Positions 43,420 through 52,683 of a DNA stretch of 60,135 bases are shown here, one piece after another. Each line of letters starts with the position of its first letter. Within the stretch, counting starts at the first letter, position 1. Made by a program: the position numbers and the translations under genes. Source of the DNA: a virus; the IMG/VR virus record IMGVR_UViG_3300045988_044599. One strand, written 5' to 3'. The notes under the pieces are model-generated. The model had not been told where the DNA came from and did not search any database. It was given only the letters and a program-made list of their open reading frames with translations.

Positions 43420-43615
43420 TAGCCTCCCTCTCAAGGATGTAGACGTTCGTCGCTGTGACGGCGTTATCACGCAATTCCGTTGTCGGCATGGTATCCACCC
43501 GCAGAATCTGCCAACCCTCGTTCAGCAACTTTTCAAACACACCCATATTCATCAAGGTGCGCTCATCGCCGTAATCACTCCAAAAAAGTGGGCAAACCTT
43601 GTACCGTTTATTCAT
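43409..43615 (-). CDS. hypothetical protein
   Basis: 68-aa ORF. Confidence 0.45.
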   Translation of the reverse strand: MNKRYKVCPLFWSDYGDERTLMNMGVFEKLLNEGWQILRVDTMPTTELRDNAVTATNVYILEREANDD

Positions 43616-44097
43616 TTCGCGTCCTCCTTCATGAAGACAATCCAGTGTGTTCCCGTGCGGTTCGGCTGCTTGTTGCCGAAGAGTGGCTTGTGCGCTGTGA
43701 GCTTGAGAATCTGCGATACGGGTATCTGTGTCTCATTCCATTTGAAAATCAACACTCCATGCTCTTTCAGGACGCGGAAGCACTCGCTGAACATGGTCTT
43801 GAGGTCAGCTTTCCACGTCTCTTGGTCGAGGCAACCGTATTTCTGCGCCATGTAGCTCGTTTCCCCCGCATTGCGCAGGTGGGGCGGGTCGAGCACCACC
43901 ATGCGGAACGTCCCGTCGGGGAACGGCAGGTCGCGGTAGTCCATCAGCATGTCCGGCTTGACATCGAACCTACGCCCATCGCACAATTCCCAGCTCTCAT
44001 CACGCACATCACCAAAAAGCACCCGATCATCCGATTTGTCAAACCAGAACATTCGGCCGCCGCAGGCGGGGTCAAGAACAGGCTGATACGCGCTCAT
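43612..44097 (-). CDS. small SAM-dependent DNA methyltransferase (orphan)
   Basis: VLDPACGGRMFWF (motif I-like) and VVLDPPH (motif IV-like). Starts at the internal ATG MSAYQP... Confidence 0.7.
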   Translation of the reverse strand: MSAYQPVLDPACGGRMFWFDKSDDRVLFGDVRDESWELCDGRRFDVKPDMLMDYRDLPFPDGTFRMVVLDPPHLRNAGETSYMAQKYGCLDQETWKADLKTMFSECFRVLKEHGVLIFKWNETQIPVSQILKLTAHKPLFGNKQPNRTGTHWIVFMKEDAK

Positions 44098-44333
44098 TTC
44101 GTATCCTTCCCCTTGTACTCGTCCACGAGTTCTTTCCACTGCCTGCTTGCGAGTGCGGCGTGGCTGAACCAGCTGGTAGAGATATGTCCACGTGGACATT
44201 GGAGCCGGTAGACTGTGAGTGTTGTCCTTACTTTGCGGCTCTCGTGGTATTTTTCCGTTTGCGATGCCTTGATTACTGGTAGTCTGCCGCACATTGGACA
44301 CCCATATTCGTTGCGTCTGCGTTTGAACCACAT
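44094..44333 (-). CDS. Zn-ribbon protein, Lar-like (restriction-alleviation-like)
   Basis: CPMCG...CPRGH plus a C-terminal ...ALASRQW. 79 aa. Confidence 0.45.
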   Translation of the reverse strand: MWFKRRRNEYGCPMCGRLPVIKASQTEKYHESRKVRTTLTVYRLQCPRGHISTSWFSHAALASRQWKELVDEYKGKDTK

Positions 44334-44335
44334 AA

Positions 44336-44572
44336 CTATTCCTTCGCGTCCTCGCTTTGATTGGGTACCTCGGAAGGCATGGTGCCGGAATAGCCGAGCA
44401 TGTGACGGCAGTAATTGATTACATGCTCGTAAGCCGTCGTCATTCCGTCGTAAAAGTCGTACACTTCTTCGTCTGGATTATCAGAAGCGTTATTAGCTGC
44501 ATCCCACTCTTTTTGCAGAAAGTCGATGACCTCATGCAGAGTCTTGTCTTTCTCAGTCACGTTCGTCGCCAT
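44336..44572 (-). CDS. hypothetical protein
   Basis: 78-aa ORF. Confidence 0.45.
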   Translation of the reverse strand: MATNVTEKDKTLHEVIDFLQKEWDAANNASDNPDEEVYDFYDGMTTAYEHVINYCRHMLGYSGTMPSEVPNQSEDAKE

Positions 44573-44574
44573 TG

Positions 44575-44727
44575 TTATTCCTTACTGCTCTTATCGTTCT
44601 TATCGTCATGGTCGAAAATGCATACGAACACGCCTAATAGCATGAGCACGCAGAGTATCGCTATCACTCCCAATGTGATGACGATGAACACGCTTGAAAT
44701 ATTCCAGCAAACATCAGCCAGACTCAT
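44575..44727 (-). CDS. 50-aa single-TM peptide
   Basis: MSLADVCWNISSVFIVITLGVIAILCVLMLLGVFVCIF... Its ATG overlaps the upstream stop. Confidence 0.4.
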   Translation of the reverse strand: MSLADVCWNISSVFIVITLGVIAILCVLMLLGVFVCIFDHDDKNDKSSKE

Positions 44728-44990
44728 GATTTCTTCTCCTTGCAGAATTGTCTGATAGCTTCCTCTGCGTCGTAATAGCGTGCGACAGCGCGTATCCACG
44801 AGTTGAACGCATCTTCGGCAGTCCAACAGACCTCGCCTTGAAGACACTTCAATACGCACTCGTACCGGTAGACGGTATGACGTGGATTGTGATATGTGCA
44901 TTTGCCGCTAACTATTATTGGCGCGTCACCGCAGTAAGGGCATCGAAGATAACTCTTGGGCTGGGGCTTCTTCTTACGCCCGAACATCAC
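44724..44990 (-). CDS. Zn-ribbon protein, Lar-like (restriction-alleviation-like)
   Basis: LRCPYCGDAP...YECVLKC...AEDAFNSW. 88 aa. Confidence 0.5.
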   Translation of the reverse strand: MMFGRKKKPQPKSYLRCPYCGDAPIIVSGKCTYHNPRHTVYRYECVLKCLQGEVCWTAEDAFNSWIRAVARYYDAEEAIRQFCKEKKS

Positions 44991-45253
44991 TCACGGCCTC
45001 CCCACATTCCTTCTTCGTTGGTTCCATAGTTTTTGCATTGGAAGATTCGAGCCAATTCCTCAGCGTCGTAAAGCGCCTGTTCCAACGCTTGTTTCCGTGA
45101 GACGGTCTTGGATACTGGGTATTCGCGTGTCGCACGAAACAGCCAAGTGTTCTCGATCACGTCCCAATGCCATAAGACCAGCTCATATCCATAGAATGTC
45201 TCATCCGGCATGGTGTAGCTATGACGGATGCTGACCGCGTATTGGTCGCTCAT
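44987..45253 (-). CDS. hypothetical protein
   Basis: 88-aa ORF. Confidence 0.45.
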   Translation of the reverse strand: MSDQYAVSIRHSYTMPDETFYGYELVLWHWDVIENTWLFRATREYPVSKTVSRKQALEQALYDAEELARIFQCKNYGTNEEGMWGGRE

Positions 45254-45534
45254 GCGCTCACCTCCTTGAGTATGTTCAATGCCTTCACGCCATCAACCAC
45301 ATGCTTTCCGCCTGCGTTCACGCTGATGATGACCGGCTGGTACACGCCTTCAACCATCAATGATTCGCAGATTCCTTCCGTCGCGCCTCGTAATTCCTTG
45401 CGGAGTTTCGAAGGCACGTATCTCAGATACCCGTCGATGATCATGCCTTCGTTGAGTTGGATTATCGCCCTATGCCCGTCGAGCATGCTCATGGGCAGCG
45501 ACCGCCAGTCGGATAGGCTTTCATGCACGTTCAT
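45250..45534 (-). CDS. hypothetical protein
   Basis: The internal ATG (MNVHESL...) follows the upstream gene end. Confidence 0.45.
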   Translation of the reverse strand: MNVHESLSDWRSLPMSMLDGHRAIIQLNEGMIIDGYLRYVPSKLRKELRGATEGICESLMVEGVYQPVIISVNAGGKHVVDGVKALNILKEVSA

Positions 45535-46084
45535 GGTCGAACACCCCGTTTTCCAATCGTGCGAGCAGGTCTTTGGCGAAATTGATTCCAGTCCCGCAGA
45601 CGGCATTCTCGATGTCTTTCGTATGCTTGTCGGAAGATGGGTTGTCCCGCACTGTCTCACACTCATGAATGAGCGTGTGCAAAAAGTTGGTGAGGTTGGT
45701 CAACCGACGCTCCGCACGAGATGTATCGTTAAGATTCACTGGTATCAGCGGGAAAGCGTCAGCATCGAACGTGCGTTTGACCACGCTCCAGTCCATCGTT
45801 TCCAAATCCCCGTCAGCGAACAATTGCGCATCACAGTCGATATTGTGAATGTGCCAAGCGTCACCGTCATAGCTCAACAGGTCTTCACCATCCCGAGTCG
45901 CATACCAGCCCGGTTCGGTGGGCATATCATCAGACGGGTGCGACGGGTGCGCCTGATCGTACATGGTTTTCACCTGCTTGTAGATGTCATCCAGTTCCCT
46001 TTCGTCGAAATCCACGGTCAGGCAAGTGCCAGCCTTGTCAGTGAATAGATAAGGCATTGTTTTGAAATCAATGCTTCTCAACAT
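45521..46084 (-). CDS. hypothetical protein
   Basis: The internal ATG (MLRSIDF...) lies 2 nt after the upstream stop. 187 aa. Confidence 0.5.
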   Translation of the reverse strand: MLRSIDFKTMPYLFTDKAGTCLTVDFDERELDDIYKQVKTMYDQAHPSHPSDDMPTEPGWYATRDGEDLLSYDGDAWHIHNIDCDAQLFADGDLETMDWSVVKRTFDADAFPLIPVNLNDTSRAERRLTNLTNFLHTLIHECETVRDNPSSDKHTKDIENAVCGTGINFAKDLLARLENGVFDHERA

Positions 46085-46085
46085 T

Positions 46086-46337
46086 TCACTCTCCTTCTTC
46101 GTTGAACGATGCCTGTAGAGTGTCCGCGAACACATGCAATGCGTCTTTGACCTTCTCGTTGAAACCGTCCGGCACGTCCGCCGTAACATGTCCCTGCTGC
46201 ATGTTGTCGAGCTTGTTGTCCGTCTTCGTGTACATCGGCACATCCACTTCGACGGATGCGAGTTCGATCTGCGGATAGTCGAACGCGCGCACACGGAACG
46301 TGACCTTGCTCGTGCCGACTTTCACTCTGTCGCTCAT
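46086..46337 (-). CDS. hypothetical protein
   Basis: 83-aa ORF. Confidence 0.45.
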   Translation of the reverse strand: MSDRVKVGTSKVTFRVRAFDYPQIELASVEVDVPMYTKTDNKLDNMQQGHVTADVPDGFNEKVKDALHVFADTLQASFNEEGE

Positions 46338-46543
46338 TGGTGTCTCCTTGGGTTGATTGTCTTGATAGTTCTTGCCGGACTCTCATAAGCGGTACGCACC
46401 TCATACGGCCTGTGATGGAAGTCGGCTTTGGAATGTGCCGCGCCCACAGCTTCATCCAGTGAGTCGTACACGCGGCATGTGTGAACTCCCGTCTCGCCTT
46501 GCATCCAGACGATGTAGCCGGTCTTGCCTGTGAAAACATTCAT
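46334..46543 (-). CDS. hypothetical protein
   Basis: 69-aa ORF. Confidence 0.45.
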   Translation of the reverse strand: MNVFTGKTGYIVWMQGETGVHTCRVYDSLDEAVGAAHSKADFHHRPYEVRTAYESPARTIKTINPRRHQ

Positions 46544-46746
46544 TTGACCGTCTCCACCGTGTTGCAGCCGATGTATTCGCCGTTATGCTTCAAGCACGCC
46601 CATGTCACGTCACCGGTCTTGACGGTTTCCATCTGGAAGCCCGCGCCGGTTTTCCCGCTGGAACCGGCTGGCGATACGGTGGACACGATGAAGATAATCG
46701 TCATGCAGATGATCGCGACGATGATTACCCGGTCCCGGTTCATCAC
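46540..46746 (-). CDS. small secreted/membrane-anchored protein
   Basis: Hydrophobic N-terminus RVIIVAIICMTIIFIVSTV. Confidence 0.45.
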   Translation of the reverse strand: MMNRDRVIIVAIICMTIIFIVSTVSPAGSSGKTGAGFQMETVKTGDVTWACLKHNGEYIGCNTVETVK

Positions 46747-47123
46747 TCACCTTCCTTTTCGATTTCATTGATCTTTTCGGTGAGGGCTTCGAGCACGTCC
46801 ACGCGGTCTCCCCACTTGAGGTTCCGCCAGAACTGTTCGAGATCAGCCCAGTTCTCGGCCTGTAGGATGCCAAGAAGCCTGATTGCCTGAGCTTCGAGAA
46901 TGTCGGCGTTCCGTTTGCAGCACGCGGCGAAGAACGGCACATTATGCGTGATTGCGTCATTGATGAACCAGAACGCCTTTTTCAGGTCTTCGACACCGTT
47001 CTTGTGCTGCCAGCGGAAGCAATACTGCACGGCTTGGCCCCAGTCGCTTGAGAGCAGTCGGCTGAGTTCGATGCACTCGAACGGGCCATCCTTATAGTGG
47101 CTCGGATTGATATTGTCAGTCAT
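46743..47123 (-). CDS. DUF3310-like protein
   Basis: MTDNINPSHYKDGPFECIEL resembles the conserved N-terminus of that family. Confidence 0.5.
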   Translation of the reverse strand: MTDNINPSHYKDGPFECIELSRLLSSDWGQAVQYCFRWQHKNGVEDLKKAFWFINDAITHNVPFFAACCKRNADILEAQAIRLLGILQAENWADLEQFWRNLKWGDRVDVLEALTEKINEIEKEGE

Positions 47124-47478
47124 TTGATTGTTCCTTTGTCGATGAATATTTGCCGTCTGTGGTGAGATACACGAGTCCATGCCAAGTCCGTACCGGCACT
47201 TCCAACTGGTCTTGAAACGATTTCACACACCAGCCGTTCTCATAAGCGATAGTCGGATGCATGTGAACGAAACCATGACAGCCCGTCGTACCCGAACCGC
47301 AAAGCAGAATCAGATTCTGCATTTGATGCTTCTCCAAGCGATTGCATTGGCTACGGAGTTTCCGATGATGCCGGGAACCATTCACCGCATACAAGCTTCG
47401 GCCACAACGCACGCAACGTCTCCCATCACGATCATCAACCATGCGGCACGTCTCCTTGGATGGATTGTCACTGCTCAC
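47116..47478 (-). CDS. HNH endonuclease
   Basis: RCVRCGR...GSRHHR...NLILLCGSGTTGCHGFVH. Confidence 0.75.
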   Translation of the reverse strand: MSSDNPSKETCRMVDDRDGRRCVRCGRSLYAVNGSRHHRKLRSQCNRLEKHQMQNLILLCGSGTTGCHGFVHMHPTIAYENGWCVKSFQDQLEVPVRTWHGLVYLTTDGKYSSTKEQSND

Positions 47479-47502
47479 TGGGGTTCTCCTGGATGTATTT
47501 CA

Positions 47503-48309
47503 CTAGGGTTCTTCCTTCTGGTTTAGCTCATTGGCTTTTTTGACGGCTGACGCCATGTCGGTCACGTCATCCTGCGATTGGAGGTGCAAGGCTTTCAACG
47601 TGTGTTCGCAAGCCCAAGTGTGGACGTGTGGCTTCGACGGTGGGATACCACCCATTTGCGCCCGGTTCTCACACCAGCCACGCCATAGGCGTATCCAATC
47701 CCCCACGGTGCTGATTCTGGCATAGTGACGGACGGAGAAAGCGTTCCAAGCATCCTGTAAATCCAAGTTCGGGTAAGCGGTGCGCATCATGCTGTCCGCC
47801 GCCGTCAACTCTGTGGAGTCTTGGAACATGGCAAGTGTCATTTCTTTGGAAGAAGAATAATATTCTTCTTCTTTCTTATCGGGTACGGGTACGGGTACGG
47901 GGCATGCGTTTGCCATCGGTTTGCCATCGTCTTGCCATGCGTTTGCCATCGGTTTGCCATTTTTGCCATTCTCAGGCTTCTTCCAACGACGGCTCGCACC
48001 CTTCTTGCCAGCTTCACTCCGCTTCCTGCGCTTGGCATCCACTTCGTCACCGTCCGGCTGATAGTCAGCCCAATCATGGAACACGTATTCGTCCTTGTCG
48101 GCGTCATACTCCCACAAGCCCGCATCGCAGAGTTCCTGAACCGAATCATCGGAGCAACGGAACATGGGAATCATGTTCGCGGGGACACGTCCTTTTGTCA
48201 GCTGTTGCGCGGCCCACGTGCCTGAACGAAGCCATAATGCGGTGGCGTCATTGGACAGCATCGCCGTCTTCGGATTCATGCAGAACCCATCATCGACCTT
48301 GAACCACAT
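47503..48309 (-). CDS. putative replication initiator/organiser containing an internal iteron array
   Basis: 268 aa, lying in the replication module. The peptide GKPMANAWQDDGKPMANACPVPVPVP is encoded by the iterons. Confidence 0.5.
   Translation of the reverse strand: MWFKVDDGFCMNPKTAMLSNDATALWLRSGTWAAQQLTKGRVPANMIPMFRCSDDSVQELCDAGLWEYDADKDEYVFHDWADYQPDGDEVDAKRRKRSEAGKKGASRRWKKPENGKNGKPMANAWQDDGKPMANACPVPVPVPDKKEEEYYSSSKEMTLAMFQDSTELTAADSMMRTAYPNLDLQDAWNAFSVRHYARISTVGDWIRLWRGWCENRAQMGGIPPSKPHVHTWACEHTLKALHLQSQDDVTDMASAVKKANELNQKEEP
47909..47969. repeat. six TTTGCCAT/CTTGCCAT iterons, the first five with 11-bp phasing (candidate origin)
   Basis: Copies start at 47909, 47920, 47931, 47942, 47953 and 47962. 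An adjacent (CGGGTA)3 run lies at 47880-47897. Confidence 0.7.
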
Positions 48310-48315
48310 CGCCCG

Positions 48316-48492
48316 TTAATCCTCTCCTCTTGTGATTCCGTTGTATTCCATCCAGATGGCCTCCTGCCGTGGCGTGGTGCAGGGCAGATCGGTGTAGTTG
48401 GTGTTCGCCCATCCGCTCCCCACGTGTGGTTTCGCCATCGCGTCCAGGGCTTCAGCGATTTCCACCAAGTCCGGTGGCGGGTCAAGTTTCAT
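48316..48492 (-). CDS. 58-aa hypothetical protein (below the ORF-track cutoff)
   Basis: The ATG at 48492 overlaps the upstream gene end. The frame is open to the TAA at 48316, which is 6 nt before the replication gene ATG. Confidence 0.35.
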   Translation of the reverse strand: MKLDPPPDLVEIAEALDAMAKPHVGSGWANTNYTDLPCTTPRQEAIWMEYNGITRGED

Positions 48493-48838
48493 CACAGTTC
48501 CTTTTGCAAATGATTTCCAAACCGGGCTGATATCGGTAGGTTGACTGGTTGCTGTAGTAGGCGTCCCAGTAGGATCCGTAGTGTGGATTGTCGGCAGTGC
48601 TTTGAGACCGGAATGCTTTCCTGTCCTGTAGGAGTTGGACGATATGGCGTCCCTTGTCGGTCAGTCTGAGCGCATTGTCGGATACCAAGCCGCGCCGTCT
48701 GAGCGCTTGAATCCACAGCCACGGTTTCTGACCTGCGTGGGGTTCCGGCATTCGACCGGTACGCCATATGCTGACAAGCGCCTCATGCTGTTGGCTGCTC
48801 AAATGGATGCCGTTGACGTTGACTGCTGGAAGAATCAT
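48482..48838 (-). CDS. hypothetical protein (possible winged-helix)
   Basis: 118-aa ORF. Confidence 0.45.
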   Translation of the reverse strand: MILPAVNVNGIHLSSQQHEALVSIWRTGRMPEPHAGQKPWLWIQALRRRGLVSDNALRLTDKGRHIVQLLQDRKAFRSQSTADNPHYGSYWDAYYSNQSTYRYQPGLEIICKRNCDET

Positions 48839-49032
48839 CGTCCACCTCCGAGCTGCAATCCACTGTTCAGCATGCCCGCCAATTCACCCAACGTGAATCG
48901 GATGAACATTCGAGTGCCGGAGTCAACGCATTCCATAGACGGTTTGGCCGGTAGTAATGTCTCGAACTTGTCCCACACGCTCAGACTCGTGTAAGCGGGT
49001 TGAGACGCGATCCACTCACGCTCGTCCATCAC
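48835..49032 (-). CDS. hypothetical protein
   Basis: 65-aa ORF. Confidence 0.4.
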   Translation of the reverse strand: MMDEREWIASQPAYTSLSVWDKFETLLPAKPSMECVDSGTRMFIRFTLGELAGMLNSGLQLGGGR

Positions 49033-49289
49033 GTCAGCATCAACATGCCATCGGCTTGTATGACGAACGGATATTCAGAATCAATGTCACCAGCCAACAG
49101 TTCAGCCTTATCGAAGCATTTCACCATCGGCACGTTCGGATTGGCGAACGTCGAAACACTGATCGGCCGCCCCTTGTAGTACAGGTTCTCAACATGGTCG
49201 AGACGCTTATCGTCCAACGCCCAAGCCAAGTAATCCCAGACGCGCAGTTGGAACAGCATCTCACCGGTATTCAGGCTGGTTTCCGACAT
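49029..49289 (-). CDS. hypothetical protein
   Basis: 86-aa ORF. Confidence 0.45.
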   Translation of the reverse strand: MSETSLNTGEMLFQLRVWDYLAWALDDKRLDHVENLYYKGRPISVSTFANPNVPMVKCFDKAELLAGDIDSEYPFVIQADGMLMLT

Positions 49290-49785
49290 CGCTTATCATC
49301 TCCTTCGTGTTTCTGACGAGACTTTCCAACCCGCCGTGAATGTCATGCAAGGGTTCTATATGGATTTCCGTATGCGGCTCATAAGGATTGCCGCCGTATG
49401 TCAACGGCATTCCCTGCCGACGTTTGACAAGCCGTTTCGCCCGTTGTCCCCATGCCATACGGTCGGGTTCCAGCATGGCGCACAACGTGAGTTTCACCTG
49501 CTGGTCATCCACGTAGGCCAAACCGTTCAACGCGTCCTTGACGAGCTTTTCCAGATTGTCCAAATCCGGTTTCCCATGACGCCCCTTATAAAACATGAGA
49601 ATCATCAGCACGTCCCCGTCCAATGGTTCGGCATGAGGGTAGAACATGTGGAATTGGTTCCGCACCAGTTCCTCAGCATCCCTCGTATGTTGAGGGGTCA
49701 CAGCCCGATACCCGTAGAATCGTGGACGGCCCTTCGCGACGGGTTCGCCTGGAATGTCGAAATCATAAGTGGTCATAAGTCCCAT
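49261..49785 (-). CDS. rusA: RusA-like Holliday junction resolvase
   Basis: GEPVAKGRPRF...KPDLDNLEKLVKDALNGLAYVDDQQV. Confidence 0.8.
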   Translation of the reverse strand: MGLMTTYDFDIPGEPVAKGRPRFYGYRAVTPQHTRDAEELVRNQFHMFYPHAEPLDGDVLMILMFYKGRHGKPDLDNLEKLVKDALNGLAYVDDQQVKLTLCAMLEPDRMAWGQRAKRLVKRRQGMPLTYGGNPYEPHTEIHIEPLHDIHGGLESLVRNTKEMISDVGNQPEYR

Positions 49786-49916
49786 ATGCTCGCGTCTCCA
49801 ATATCCTCCCAATAGTCTTCGGCTTCCGACTCGCATTCAGGACAAGTGGGGCCGTAATATTCGACCCCATGCTTGTCACACCATGCGGGTTCGGTCATCC
49901 CAGAGAGCGGAACCAT
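49773..49916 (-). CDS. 47-aa Cys-rich protein (below the ORF-track cutoff)
   Basis: MVPLSGMTEPAWCDKHGVEYYGPTCPECESEAEDYWEDIGDASIWDL. Its ATG overlaps the methyltransferase stop (TGATG). Confidence 0.35.
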   Translation of the reverse strand: MVPLSGMTEPAWCDKHGVEYYGPTCPECESEAEDYWEDIGDASIWDL

Positions 49917-50797
49917 CAGAACAGTGTCACCTCTCCAAGCTTCTCTTCAAGCTCGCGCATCAGATTCACCGACGCATCCCAATAGGAAGGCTTCAATTCG
50001 ATGCTCATGCCCTTGCGGCCAAGTTTGATTGCCTCGTACACGGTCGAGCCGATGCCACCAAACGGGTCGAACACAAGCTCGCCCTTATTGCTCCACAAGC
50101 GGATGCACCGTTCGATGAAATCCAATTGCAGCGGGCAGATGTGGCGTTCATCGGTATCCTCACGGCCAAGACGCTCATTCAGCGTGTTGGTCTCTCGAAT
50201 GTTCCACCAGACCGGCTGCGCCCAATCAATCCATTCCTCGTTGGAAACATCGTTCTTGATCGGCACCTGATTGTCACCGGGCTTGCGGAACATCAGCAGA
50301 TAGTCAGCCAATGCTGGACGGCTCATACTGGAATCCTTGTTCTTCGTCACGAACATGAGAGCCTGAGCCTTCGTGCGAATCGCCTGAGCCTGTGGATTCT
50401 TGTTCACGGTGACTTCGCCGTGGAAAATCCAACCGTTCTCCACGTAAGCGCGGATTACATCACCACGGAAGTCGGTCAATCCAACCACGCCGTCAGCGGT
50501 CTTCGTGGTCACAACCTGCTGCACATGCACGCAAGCGATACGGCCCGGTTTCGTGACCCTCAACAGTTCGCGGATGATGTACCCGTAATTCTCGATGAAC
50601 TCTTCACGGGAACTATTGTTGCCCAAGTCGCGGGTTGAATCGGAGTACACGTACAGGCTTGCGAACGGCGGGCTGCTCACACTCAGATCAACACTGTTGT
50701 CAGCCATTTCCGTCATGCGTTCGCACGAGTCGCCAAGCCATAGTGTCCAATCCTTGCCTTTGGCTTCATCGGTCATATACATTTCATCGACCATCAT
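49916..50797 (-). CDS. beta-class N4/N6 DNA methyltransferase (orphan)
   Basis: Motif IV (DLSVSSPPFASLY) precedes motif I (VFDPFGGIGST). Confidence 0.85.
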   Translation of the reverse strand: MMVDEMYMTDEAKGKDWTLWLGDSCERMTEMADNSVDLSVSSPPFASLYVYSDSTRDLGNNSSREEFIENYGYIIRELLRVTKPGRIACVHVQQVVTTKTADGVVGLTDFRGDVIRAYVENGWIFHGEVTVNKNPQAQAIRTKAQALMFVTKNKDSSMSRPALADYLLMFRKPGDNQVPIKNDVSNEEWIDWAQPVWWNIRETNTLNERLGREDTDERHICPLQLDFIERCIRLWSNKGELVFDPFGGIGSTVYEAIKLGRKGMSIELKPSYWDASVNLMRELEEKLGEVTLF

Positions 50798-52113
50798 GCG
50801 GCCTTTCCGAAAGAGTTTGATTCATTCATCGTCTTTACCAGTTCGTCACTCAAATGAGTGGCCTGCTGTTCCTTGCGGGTGATGTTCTCCGCTATCTCGC
50901 GTTCCAAATCGGAAACCACCACATGCACGTCAACCACGCGCTTCTGTCCGAACCGATAGCAGCGGCGTATCGACTGGTAGTAGGATTCCCACGAGTCGTT
51001 CAAACCGCAGAACGCCATTCGAGCGCAGTTCTGCCAGTTCAAACCGAACGATGCCATGGAACCCTTCGTGATAAGCACTGGAATGTTCCCATCAGCGAAG
51101 TCAAGGAACGCCTTGGCCTTGTCTTCCGGCGACATGGAGCCTTTCACATTCACACTGCCGGGGACAAGCCGGTTCAGCATGTCCGCCTCGTCGTTCAATC
51201 CAGCCCAGATAATCCACTGTTCGCCCGGCTCGTTATTGACAAGATCGACACACCGGTTCACACGGTCAACAAGCGTTTCCTTACGGACTCTCGCACGCCC
51301 GCCGACGCCACCAAGGTCAGCTGCGAACAATTGGCCTTCCGGGATGCTGCCGTTGTATTCCACCACATCAACGGTCTGGTTCAATCCGGGCAACTCATAT
51401 CCCGCATCATCACCGCCAATATCGGACGGCTTGCGCAATGCGATGGCCCATTGCGACATCCACCGCATCATCGGCTTAACCGCGTGACCTTTCAAACGCC
51501 AAATATTCCCGTCATGCACGAAATACGTGGCAAGCATCTTCACACGGGTGGCGTATCCAAGGAACTCGGCCTGATTACATAGTTCCTCCGGGTCGTTCGG
51601 TGCCGGTGTGGCGGTACAGGCGAGACGGTATTTCGTATCCCTGAACGTGTCGATCAGCATTTTGCGGGTCTTGCCGTCCGACTGTTTCAGAATCGAAGCC
51701 TCGTCCAATACGACCGCATTGAATTTGGACACGTCGAGTTTTGGCACACGCTCATAGTTCGTGATGTTGAATCCGTCAGATACTTCCGACTGGTCATGCA
51801 CATAACGCACTTCCATGCCGATTGCGGCGCCTTCGCGGATGGTTTGCTGGCATACGGACAACGGCGCTAGAATAAGCCCCGTCCCATGTCCGGCGCAGAC
51901 TTGCCGTAACCATTCGAGTTGCATTCTGGTCTTACCAAGACCCGTATCGGCCCATATGGCTGCACGTCCTACTTTGCAAGCCCATGTGACGATACGTTTC
52001 TGCCAGTCGAACAGGGATGGGTGGAGCTGTTGCGGGCTAACGGTGATGCCAGTCTCCTGCTCGCGCAGCTCCTTTCTTTTCAGAAACTCCCTATATGGAA
52101 TGATGTTTGCCAT
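50794..52113 (-). CDS. SNF2/DEAD-box family helicase
   Basis: ADTGLGKT (motif I), VVLDEASILK (motif II) and C-terminal helicase motifs. Confidence 0.85.
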   Translation of the reverse strand: MANIIPYREFLKRKELREQETGITVSPQQLHPSLFDWQKRIVTWACKVGRAAIWADTGLGKTRMQLEWLRQVCAGHGTGLILAPLSVCQQTIREGAAIGMEVRYVHDQSEVSDGFNITNYERVPKLDVSKFNAVVLDEASILKQSDGKTRKMLIDTFRDTKYRLACTATPAPNDPEELCNQAEFLGYATRVKMLATYFVHDGNIWRLKGHAVKPMMRWMSQWAIALRKPSDIGGDDAGYELPGLNQTVDVVEYNGSIPEGQLFAADLGGVGGRARVRKETLVDRVNRCVDLVNNEPGEQWIIWAGLNDEADMLNRLVPGSVNVKGSMSPEDKAKAFLDFADGNIPVLITKGSMASFGLNWQNCARMAFCGLNDSWESYYQSIRRCYRFGQKRVVDVHVVVSDLEREIAENITRKEQQATHLSDELVKTMNESNSFGKAA

Positions 52114-52134
52114 GTTGGTTCCTTTTAGTCTGGA

Positions 52135-52683
52135 TTAGAACTCGTCCGTGTTGCCGCCGAAACTGCCGAAGTCGGAAGGCTGATTATTGTTCGACGCCCA
52201 AGGGTCTCCACCCAACTGTTGAGACTGTGCGGGCTGCTGACCGGCCTGTTGCGGCTGTTGGAATCCATTGGATGGAGGATTATTGAGACCGGCTTGTGGG
52301 GCACCCTGATAGCCGCCACGTTGAATCTTCTGCACTTGCGCGGTCGCATTCCGCAATGAGGGGCCGATTTCGTCCACTTGCATTTCAACCACGGTGCGGT
52401 TCGTGCCGTCCTTCGCCTGATAGGAACGCTGTTGCAAACGGCCTTGCGCGATGACCCTCATGCCCTTGTGCAGGGATTGGGCGCAATGCTGGGCCATGTC
52501 ACGCCAAATCGTGCCGCGCATGTAAAGCGTGTCACCATCCTCCCACTGGCCCGACTGGCTGTTGTATTGTCTGGTGTTTGACGCGATGTTGACATTGCAG
52601 ACGGCCTCACCATTGCGGGTCGTGCGTAATTCCGGCTCGTCGGTCAGATTGCCAATGATCGTGATTACGGTTTCTCCAGCCAT
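52135..52683 (-). CDS. ssb: single-stranded DNA-binding protein
   Basis: OB-fold N-terminus VTIIGNLTDEPELRTTRNGEAV, a Gly/Gln/Pro-rich tail, and an acidic end FGGNTDEF. Confidence 0.9.
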   Translation of the reverse strand: MAGETVITIIGNLTDEPELRTTRNGEAVCNVNIASNTRQYNSQSGQWEDGDTLYMRGTIWRDMAQHCAQSLHKGMRVIAQGRLQQRSYQAKDGTNRTVVEMQVDEIGPSLRNATAQVQKIQRGGYQGAPQAGLNNPPSNGFQQPQQAGQQPAQSQQLGGDPWASNNNQPSDFGSFGGNTDEF

